Assembly: GCA_030265395.1 (NCBI GenBank)
Contig: JARFYF010000002.1
Span: forward strand, 37,064,247-37,128,246
Reading direction: 5' to 3'
Source: Rhina ancylostomus
Taxonomy: Eukaryota
Length of the DNA: 64,000 nucleotides
In this document: piece after piece, positions 54,283 through 64,000 of the stretch
Numbering within the stretch: position 1 is the first letter of the stretch
Layout of the letters: every line of letters begins with the position of its first letter
The notes under the pieces: generated by a model
The model's input: the letters and a program-made list of their open reading frames with translations, nothing else
What the model was told of the DNA's origin: nothing
The model's database searches: none
Position numbers and translations under genes: made by a program

Positions 54283-54407
54283 CTCCCTCACAGGTTAGCG
54301 GTGTAATGAAGGATAGAGTGCAGCAGAGGACTGTCAATCTCTCCTGGAAGGAACCAGAGCATCCCAATGGAGTCATCACAGAATATGAAATCAAGTACTA
54401 TGAAAAG
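54283..54407 (+). CDS. EPHA7: Ephrin type-A receptor (EphA7-like) internal exon, N-terminal half of the second FN3 domain (equivalent to EPHA7 exon 6)
   Basis: 125-bp exon bounded by ...ttgtccaaatAG| and |GTgaga. It translates as (A)PSQVSGVMKDRVQQRTVNLSWKEPEHPNGVITEYEIKYYEK, closely matching recalled human EPHA7 APSQVSGVMKERVLQRSVELSWQEPEHPNGVITEYEIKYYEK. It starts in phase 1 and ends in phase 0. The paralog assignment (EphA7 vs EphA10) is less certain than the exon call. Confidence 0.92.
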
Positions 54408-57400
54408 GTGAGAGCTGCACAAGCATGCAAATACCTGGATCCACCCTCCACTGATCCTTCATTACCCACAAATCAAAACATCTAAATGTAGTTTCAACAA
54501 AGCAATGTTTTAATTTTGTTCAGAGATTAGTATTTTATTGGATAGCTTTTGGGTTGCCTTTGACCAGAAACCACCTCCTGATGATGAAAGCAAAGTAATC
54601 TCACCTTTATCTTCACTGGGTTTAAATCATGTAATGTGGGGGTATTTTCACCAGGGGGACTACAGTGATTCAAGAGAGCGGTTCATTATCATCTTCTCCA
54701 CCACAATCATGGGAGATTGGCAGTAAATGTTGGCCTTGCCAGTGATACCCCTCTCCCATAAATTAAAATGATAATGAAGCCAGTGGCTGAACCAGTTACG
54801 TACCAAAGAAGGTCCTAAAGCTGATTTCTGGTCTGTGAAATATTAGCTGACCTCAGCCAGTGTATTAGCTTCATACAAAATTATTCAGGGCAGTTTCCAA
54901 TCTCCAATTGCTTTTTTGTCATCTCTGCTGAAATCTGCATGTTTAGATAATGTATCAGGAAAATATTCCCCTTATGTTTAAATAAGTAATGGTGATACAT
55001 GAAAGGTGGCCATTGACTAAAGTACCTGGAAAGATCAGATGCAAGAGATCCTCACTGTAAATTTCCAAGCAAAAGTTCCTCACAGTAAATTTCTTACCAA
55101 GAGGAGGTGCTCAATCACTTGTCTTCATCTTAAACTAAATGTTCATATTTACTGTTCAGAGTGAAAATGCTATTCCCAGCATGTATGAGAAGATAGAAAT
55201 AAATAGCAAAAACCATCTTCCATCACCAACCAAAAGTTAAAGTTGTTTAGTGATATTTTGCAGTGAAATGGCTGTCCTGAATGTAAGAAATGTATTAGAG
55301 ACTGGAAAGGGACATTATCATGGTGACAATTCAACTCTTTATAACCCACAGTGATTATCAAAGGTTGTGACTGATGCAGGATATAGTATGATTACCTGTG
55401 TGTGTTGACTTTAAATCTAAGGTTGATTGGGTGGAAAATAGGTAATTAAGAAGTGGGCAGTAGGGACATAAGATTAAGTTCTAAAGGGATGTGTAAATCA
55501 AGAGGGAATCCATTATGGGAAAGGTGCTGGCTTTGCTCAGGTTGATAGGATTAAAATACAAGTGGTACCTGAGAGCTAGGCTGTGGAAGCTAGATAATAG
55601 AAAAGTGGGAATGATGTGCAGTGCTGTATGTGGGAGGAAAGGAAAATTGCAATTGTTGCCATCAATGTGGTAGTAGTNNNNNNNNNNNNNNNNNNNNNNN
55701 NNNNNNNNNNNNNNNNNNNNNNNNNNNNNNNNNNNNNNNNNNNNNNNNNNNNNNNNNNNNNNNNNNNNNNNNNNNNNAGTGCTGAATGAGGGAGGAAAGG
55801 AAAAATGCAATTGTTGCCATCAAAGAGGTAGTAGTCAGTGATATTGTCTGCTGATGGCCACTGGAAAAAAATAAATTCACAGTGATGAGCTGGCACTGAA
55901 CAGTAAGATCTTGGGGGGGGGGGGGAAGAAAAAACCTTAAACTGGAAAGCTTGGGCAGTTATTGAGAAAGGTATGGGCCATCTGTGTCACAAGTGATAAT
56001 GGCAGCTTTGAAGAGCAAAAAAATGATTTGCTTGTGATATCTGCAGGCTTTGGACTGTAGAATAGTTGTCATTTGTATTTCACAATTGTGTCAGAAATGG
56101 GTTTGGAGGAGGTGTATCTAATGAGGTCTTGTGGAGTAGAGTGGGGAGAGCAGGGGGAGAAAAGCTTCATAGTAATAGGATATTTAGTTCAACTAAGGGG
56201 AAGCTTGGTGAAAAATATCATGGTCCAAGGAGGAAATGAAGAAATATGATACAATATAGTATAACTTAAAAGTTTCTCATGTGGCGCTGGACCTGAGGAT
56301 GGAGTAAGGGGGGGGGGCATGGATTGTCATTAATTTCAGGTTATGTTATATGTGAAAATGTGTTGAAAGGAGATAAATGAGTTGGTTCTGAATGTGATCT
56401 GGCCTAACCCATGTTGTTGTGCAGCAGCTGGGTTTGTCTGTAAGCCTCAGATATGAGGACAAGAGAATGATAACTATTCCAGGAGAGCAGGATGTTTGGC
56501 TGAGCTTAATAGATTCACTGGAGAATTTGGAACAAAGGATTCAGGTCAAAGGAAGTAGGAAAATATCACAAACTGGGCACTAAAAAAAACTCTTGAAAAA
56601 TTAGATGATAGTGTCCCTGCATATTGCAAAACATTTTCCTTTGTTTTCAATCAGAAACAAAAAAAGTAATGGTGACACCCATTCTCATACACCGGTAATG
56701 AGCAAATCCCCCTGCTACTGCTGTAAAATTGGGTTCTTCCTGTTTAATATATTACATGTAGACGCTGGGATTTGCATGCTTTTTGCCCATTCAGATTTCT
56801 ATGCTTTCTCTTGTGTTCTGGGANNNNNNNNNNNNNNNNNNNNNNNNNNNNNNNNNNNNNNNNNNNNNNNNNNNNNNNNNNNNNNNNNNNNNNNNNNNNN
56901 NNNNNNNNNNNNNNNNNNNNNNNTTTTCATTTGTTCCTCCCAATCACCTCATTGCGCCCCAGTATTACATGGAGGACAAAAGAGGTGAGCAGTGGTTTCT
57001 GATGTGCAAATGCGGAATGTGGCATTCGCTGTCTGCTATAAAGAATCATTGCTGTCACAATGCCACTGCTGAATTTAGTACTATCTGGGAATTCACCCAT
57101 TATCAGGTAGAGTACCCACAATGTGCTGGCATTCTTTTGCTTCTTTGCCTCTTCTTGCAACAGAAATATTATCAATAATCAACTAGACCACAGAAGATCT
57201 CCAGGTCTGAAAGCAGTGTGGCCTGATGGCCATTATAATGGAAAGAAAGTCGTAGTCATAATAGAATGACTGGTAAGGCAGTATCAGTGTAACATAATCA
57301 TGGCCCCAAACATTGACATTAACTAATCAGATTAAAATCACAGGTAGTTCTCGATATACCAATAATAAAACCCCAGAGAGTAATTCTCTGGGCAGCAAAA

Positions 57401-58483
57401 CACTGCTCACGCTCCCTCCACGGCAGTAAATGACTTCTCAATGCTAAGTGGAAAACATTCACTTTGAAGGTTGTTTTGCTGTGCAGATAAAGTGATAAAA
57501 ATGAATTAGTGCTGGAACAAGATACTGGAGCCAAAATCTGTATATTAAGCAGAGACTATTTGAAGGCTGAGTTCTTCCTTTTGAGAGATTTAATCTGAAC
57601 AAAGATGAAAGTATTAAAATAATAGACTGAAATAAGCTTTAAAAAGCCTCTTTTAACAAGATGGGATATGACTAGATAGAATATAATAGGTTCCCACGGG
57701 TAAGTTTCAAGACTATAATTTAATCACGAGGTTCAGGTGATGTCATAAGCTGCATGATCGAAGCTCTTGTGGTTTGTGGATATTATTTGAATCCTTCAAT
57801 TGAATAAACAGCCTTTAATTCATTCCTGGATATGTCATTTACCATGATACATACAAGAAAGATTGCTTTTGGAAAAATAAAATGTTTATTTCGATAACAT
57901 AGGGTCAGAAATTCCAGTGCACCCTAAAGAATGCAAAACTATGAGTAAAATGGGCAAAGCACTACGAGAGCTGTTGCAAACTTCAGTTCCGTACTTTGAG
58001 TTGAAAATATTGTCACCTGGTATTGTGATCTGAAGCTGGGTTTGGTGCATTAGGTTCACCAGTATNNNNNNNNNNNNNNNNNNNNNNNNNNNNNNNNNNN
58101 NNNNNNNNNNNNNNNNNNNNNNNNNNNNNNNNNNNNNNNNNNNNNNNNNNNNNNNNNNNNNNNNNNNNNNNNNNNNNNNNNNNNNNNNNNNNNNNNNNNN
58201 NNNNNNNNNNNNNNNNNNNNNNNNNNNNNNNNNNNNNNNNNNNNNNNNNNNNNNNNNNNNNNNNNNNNNNNNNNNNNNNNNNNNNNNNNNNNNNNNNNNN
58301 NNNNNNNNNNATTTCAGAGTTTATTTATTTCAAAATGATGAAGAAATGGTCATTGTCACACTTCACTTTGGCAAAAAAGAAATTGATTTCGATTGCAATT
58401 GAATTACTAAGCAATAATTACTTTAAATACTCCCTCCCACTTCTTAATCTCACTGCAGCCTATAATATAATTTCTTTTTCCAG
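54408..58483 (+). other. Phase-0 GT-AG intron between the two FN3 exons
   Basis: GTGAGA donor at 54408. Polypyrimidine tract plus CAG acceptor ending at 58483. Confidence 0.9.
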
Positions 58484-58652
58484 AATCTAAAAGATCGCAC
58501 TTACTCCACAGTAAAATCTACCTCAACGTCAACTACCATTAATAACCTGAAACCAGGCACAGCCTATATATTCCAGATCCGAGCCTTTACCACTGCTGGC
58601 TATGGAAACTACAGCCCCAGGCTAGAAGTCTTAACCCTAGAGGAGAGTACAG
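58484..58652 (+). CDS. EPHA7: Ephrin type-A receptor (EphA7-like) internal exon, C-terminal half of the second FN3 domain (equivalent to EPHA7 exon 7)
   Basis: 169-bp exon with acceptor tttctttttcCAG| and donor |GTaaga. In frame with the previous exon it reads NLKDRTYSTVKSTSTSTTINNLKPGTAYIFQIRAFTTAGYGNYSPRLEVLTLEEST(G), containing the FN3 motif LKPGTxYxFQIRA...GYG. It is absent from the ORF track. Confidence 0.93.
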
Positions 58653-59921
58653 GTAAGAGTCCTGAACATAGCCCTTCTGCATTGTAAGGCAAAAGAAAGG
58701 TGCTCAAAACAGATTAAGTCTGATTCATGTCTTTTGCAAAAGATAAACAGATGCGAGGTATCCTATGCTGTTCTCCATGGATGGCCCAAGAATTATTATA
58801 GCAGAGGCCCAGGCGTTGATCATCTGACAGATTTATTTGCTAGTTAGTTTCCCACAGCAGTAAAGAATCATCAAGTGAAGTGAAGGGAAAATATCTGCCT
58901 TGAGAATACAGTGTAATAAATAAGTAGGTAATGCACTCTTCTGCGCCAGCCTGCATCTTACCACAATGTTGATAACCAGTGCATTGTGGAATTACAGGTT
59001 TTGATGACAAGCTTCTTTTCATCGAAGGTAAAGTTTCTTGTCTCTCCCCTCCCCTCCACCCCCCCCCCACAGCTAAATACATTTATGGGGATAATGGGGA
59101 GGGGAGGGAACTGAGTAGTTTGCTGAATGAGATACTACAGCTGTATATATTGGCACAGTTGGCTTCTGTTGGCTCTTTGTTAAAACGTATGTCTATGAAT
59201 ATTGGGTAAAAATAGGACTAGCATGATCTATATGATGGCTATGCAACAACCATACTGTCCTCACAAAGGAATAAATCAGCACATTATTTAAACCCAGTTC
59301 TTAATGACATGTGAAATGCAAAGAGGTTAACAAATGCAGCAGAATGGTAAAATTCACTAAGGTTTTTTTCACCAAGGACAATGTTTTTACAGTGTTTTTT
59401 GTACCACAAGGAAATAAATCGAATCTCATTACATGAGGTCATTTAATCAGCTCTAAATATCTCGTCATCGCAAGTCTGATTCCATAGATTCCTTTGAAGG
59501 TTGATTCTTTTGCCTTCTGGTTAGTTTAATTTTTTTGGCTGTGGCTTTGATATTTTAAGCACGTGCCTCCACAAGCAGTCATCACCCAACAGCTATTTAA
59601 AAGATGGCTTGATGTTAATGAATAATAAACATGACTTAATGCATAATCGTTCAATTTATTTTTTGGATATGTGCTGGCATAAACTGACTGCTGCATGATA
59701 ATGCTTTTCTATACTGTTTTTAGGTGCACCATCCACTTTTTATATATTTATAGATTTGCTGCACATAGACTATTACCTGCACCAACAGGTGTTCTTGTAC
59801 ATTCTGTGGGCACGTAGACTGAAAATGCCATTCTGGTACACACAGCATTGTATACGTATTCTTATTTGTGTTGATATGTTACCATATGCCAATAATGCTA
59901 TTATATGTTAACTTTCTGTCA

Positions 59922-61575
59922 TAGAATCTTGCATCAGGGAAAAGACCATTCAGCCCATCACATCACACTGAACAATGGGCACCCTTTTGTATTAATTCCA
60001 TCTTCCAGCATTTGGCCTACAGTCTTCTATGTCTAGTCAATTCAAGTGCTCATCTAGACACTACTTCCACCACTCTCTCAGGCAGTGTTATTCCATGTAC
60101 TTGCCACCCTCTGGGTGAAAAAGATCCCCCTCAGAACCCTTGTAAATCTCTTGCCCCATATCCTATGTTCTTTAAGTTTTATCCCTTATTGATGTCCCCT
60201 CTCAAACTTGTCCACTCCAGGGAAAACAGACTTTAGCCTCTCCAGTCTCTCCTCATAACAGAAACACTTCATCTCAGTAACATCCTGGTTAATCTCTTCT
60301 GCATTCCCTCCAGTACCATCACATCCTTCCTGTTATGTGCTGACCAGACTGCACACAGTACTCCAGCTGAGGTCTGACCAATGTTTTGTCAAGTTGGGGC
60401 ATAACCTCCCTGCTGTCATATTCAATGCCTCAACTGATTAAGNNNNNNNNNNNNNNNNNNNNNNNNNNNNNNNNNNNNNNNNNNNNNNNNNNNNNNNNNN
60501 NNNNNNNNNNNNNNNNNNNNNNNNNNNNNNNNNNNNNNNNNNNNNNNNNNNNNNNNNNNNNNNNNNNNNNNNNNNNNNNNNNNNNNNNNNNNNNNAAACG
60601 CATCACCTCACACTTCTCAGGATTAAATTCCATCTGCCATTTCTCAGCCTATTTCACCAACACATTGATATCACCCTGTAGCCTGACTACCTGTCCACAC
60701 TATCAACAACTCCACCAATCTTTGTGTCACTTGCGAACTTACTGATTATATCTCCCAAATCCACATCCAAATTATTCATGTATATTGCAAACAATAAGAA
60801 CACCAGCACCGATCCCTGTGGAACACTGTGAATCATATGTGTCCAATCTCAAAAACAACCCTGAACCATCATCACCCTCTGTCTGCTTTTGGCAAACCTC
60901 TTTTGGATCCAATTTACTAATTTGCCCTTGATCTCATGGGCCCTAACCTTTNNNNNNNNNNTCAGCAATGCTCTCTGTTACCTCTTCCAAAAATTCAGTC
61001 AGATTGGCCAGAAGAATATTCCCTTGATAAAGCCATGCTAGCTATCTTAGATTAGTCCCTGCCTTTCCAAGTGGCCATTATTCCTGTCCCTCAGAATTGC
61101 TTTCCAATAATCCCTATTACTGATGTTACAAGTCTGTAATTACCAGGCTTTTTTCTGCTGCTTTTCTTGAAAAGGGGAGTGCACATTAGCCATCCTCTAG
61201 TCATCTGGTACATGACTTGTCACCAACAAAGATTTAAAAATCTCAGCCAGAGCCCCAGTAATCTCTTCCCTTACCTCCCATTGCAGGCTGGGATAAATCA
61301 CATCCAGCTCTGTGGATTTATCCATTTTTAAGCCTGCGAAGGAATCGAGTACCTCCTCTTTATTTATGGTGACTTGAGCTGGAATTTCACCTTTACTTTT
61401 GTTGAATCCCTCTGACGACAAAGTCCATTTCCTTTGTGAATACCAAAGAAAAGTGTTCATTTAGGAGCTCACCTGTACCTTTTGGCTTCATGCACAGATT
61501 TCCCCTGCTTTTCTTTATGGGCCCAACTCTTTCCCTGGTTATTCTTTTGCCCTTAATATACTTGCAAAATACTTT
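59922..61575 (-). mobile_element. CR1 LINE remnant (RT region and 3' UTR), gapped and decayed
   Basis: Minus-strand peptides MEFNPEKCEVM and LKMDKSTELDVIYPSLQWEVREEITGALAEIFKSLLVTSHVPDD. CR1 3' end tagaatc...gaccattcagcccatc. Confidence 0.88.
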
Positions 61576-64000
61576 TGTATTTTAACTGTGCTAAAGAATG
61601 CATGGTGACAATGTTCTTTAATACTTAATGGGTTATGTTTCTTAAAATCATAGCTAAATTGCAAATTATATATTTATATTTAACCAATTTTATACATTGT
61701 TAGCAGTTATTGTCTTTAGCACTTGTCTGTTGTATTAGGTCTGGTTATGATGCTGCTAATGTTGTTACATGATGCATAGTGATATTTTTAGCATACATGG
61801 GGTGTGTTGGATGATATACATCATAAACATTGAAATGTAGTCTGTCCAGCATAGTAGTACTTAATTGACTACATTTTACATTATCCATTGACAGTCCTTT
61901 AATATATTTGTCATATTTTTGGATACAAACTGATAGCACAACTGCATATTGTCTGTGCTATAGGATGTTCGCTGTGTAGTTGTATGCAAATACCAATTTA
62001 GTTTCCTGCAATTAGATCATTATCATTTGATAAATTTGCTTTTGTAGTATCACATTCATTGAACAATGTGTTTCTGATAACCACAAGGATCCAGGAATAG
62101 TGCCTTTTGCGTTTCACAATAGTTAATGTGAATAAAATATCACCAAAAATGAAGAAGTGATTTCAAGGCCATTGAATCTTTTAGGATTCTAAAACAATAG
62201 TATCAACAACAGAACACGTGATGATTACATTGATATTAATTAATCTGCATTTATTTCACTAATAAAATTACATTTCAAAGCTAACAAGAAAGGTTTTAAA
62301 CCAGTTTAAAAGTATTGTATTGCATGTCTCAGAATTTATCATTATAAGAATATTAATTTATATCCTTTCGCATCAGCACATGAAATAATGAACTGAGTAG
62401 ACTCTGAGGCCCCTCAAGCATGCACTGCCATTCAGTAAAGTCATAGCTGATCTTTTATGTTGTCTGTTTTCATACCCAGTCCCTGAATTAGGATATAATA
62501 TTATATTAATTCCATTACTGATAACCTAATCTTTTCATGCCATTTTTAATACTCATTTTTAAATAGCAAAATTCCATTGTGAATACAAATAAATCACTAG
62601 GAACATCTGAATTATACAGAGAGATTGATAAGAAATAGTTAAATATTGGTTAATTCAGGTTTCCAAACAAGCGTAATTAACTCCTGCCGAAGTTCTCATT
62701 ACTACATCCTCATGGGCACTCTCAATCGCCCAACAACTAAGTAGATTAACTGTATAATTTTCTAATCTTGCCTCAAGCTCAACCTTTACCTGTACTGTTG
62801 GGGTCATTCCATTTGGGACTGCAGGAGCCCTTAAGATTGAATTGATACCCTCCGTTCTAGTATTTCAGTGCACTGGCAAATAGACAAATTATCAACATTC
62901 CAATCAGCTCAGATTTTCTTAATGAGATAACATTGTTGTAATCGCTTAGCTTATGATAAGTGCTGTACTTCATTACTCCCTAACAGTCATTCTGTGCCTT
63001 GAATCAAGCTAAACAAGGAGCTGGGATTTTAAGAAGTTAGTATTAGTGGTGAATATTTAAAGTTACTAAACCATCATTTTGACCATGCTTGAAGCTTTAG
63101 TCCCTCTAGTTTGAATTTCACAATTAACTAGCTGGCACCAGTTGGACTATGTTGGAAGAAACCCCAGATTTGGTTGTTCCTAGAATTATTCAGCAACTGC
63201 AGTTCAACCTAGTTTCAATGGAATTAGCAACAGACCAAATAATCCCATGCCCACAATTACAGTTGCTTTAAGAGAAACAACATGCATGAATTCTGTGAAT
63301 ATCACTTTATTATACTGGTGTACAAGAGGACTTATTTAATTATCTGTGCATTATAAACATGGAACTATTGAACTGATGACTAAATTGACTTCAGTCCATG
63401 AATATGACACTGCTCAAAGATTCTTTCAGCTATAAATAAGCCGATGCCTGCTGCACTGCTGTCAAAGCTCCACAGAAGTATGTTAGCATTTGTCAGCAAA
63501 AGTGTCCACGTGTATGCCATCCCTACAAAATGTCAGTCGTTCGCCCTACCACATTTGAAATTATAGATCCTTTAAACCAGAGTCTGAACATTCCAATCAT
63601 TTTCTTTCGCTGTGGTATTGTTAGGTGGATAAGATGGAGGATTTATGGTTTGTCTTTTTATAATTTATAATTTCTGTCTGTTCAGACTTTATTCATTTAA
63701 ATAAGGAATCGAATCCCAGTGGTCAAAATAATATATTTGCTTGTGTTCCCTTGCATTTATTTTTCCTGTGATGTTTATCATCTGTTTTTAATCATTTACC
63801 CAAAGAAAACCATGCTCACTTTTTGACACACTGAGGTTTTGATGACCTACATTTTTGCCCTATAGGTTACAAGCAGAAAATATATGAAATTTGGGTAGAT
63901 CTTTGGTAAACTGCATTCTGAGCAACATCAATCTAATTACAGAAACCTGCGACTATATTATTCACCCTGAGTTTATACTTATGGCAGCCTAGATTGAATG

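Noticed and set aside
54261-54485. ORF-track 74-aa ORF as a stand-alone gene
   Set aside because: Only 54283-54407 is Eph-like and it is bounded by AG/GT. The flanks are intronic read-through.
58979-59209. Mildly hydrophobic ORF considered as the Eph transmembrane exon
   Set aside because: It does not resemble the Eph juxtamembrane/TM exon and has no convincing splice sites. I found no TM exon up to 64000.
1-64000. A novel multi-gene system (CRISPR, defence island, endogenous virus or intact transposase)
   Set aside because: No spacer array, no long intact ORF and no viral or transposase motifs were seen. The window is intronic vertebrate DNA with decayed retroelements. Content inside N gaps cannot be assessed.

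Overview
Vertebrate genomic DNA: AT-rich, CpG-poor and from a gapped scaffold. The repeat content suggests a cartilaginous fish, probably a ray or sawfish (inference). The only host coding sequence I can support is two + strand exons (54283-54407 and 58484-58652) that together encode the second fibronectin type III domain of an EphA7-like receptor tyrosine kinase. Everything upstream (>54 kb) appears to be one large intron, and the transmembrane exon is not seen in the window. The introns hold decayed CR1, L2-like, Rex1/Babar and RTE LINEs, tRNA-derived SINEs, and several Penelope-like terminal-repeat fragments. Some of these Penelope-like copies are inverted pairs with target-site duplications and carry decayed minimal hammerhead-ribozyme motifs. 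Most entries in the ORF track are chance ORFs, N-gap artefacts or retroelement remnants. I found no convincing new biological system. The best leads are the EphA7 versus EphA10 identity, the Penelope hammerhead relics and a 33-bp micro-insertion, a template-switch palindrome, and candidate conserved enhancers. Repeat boundaries are approximate, and family assignments come from recalled consensus motifs, not from a database search.
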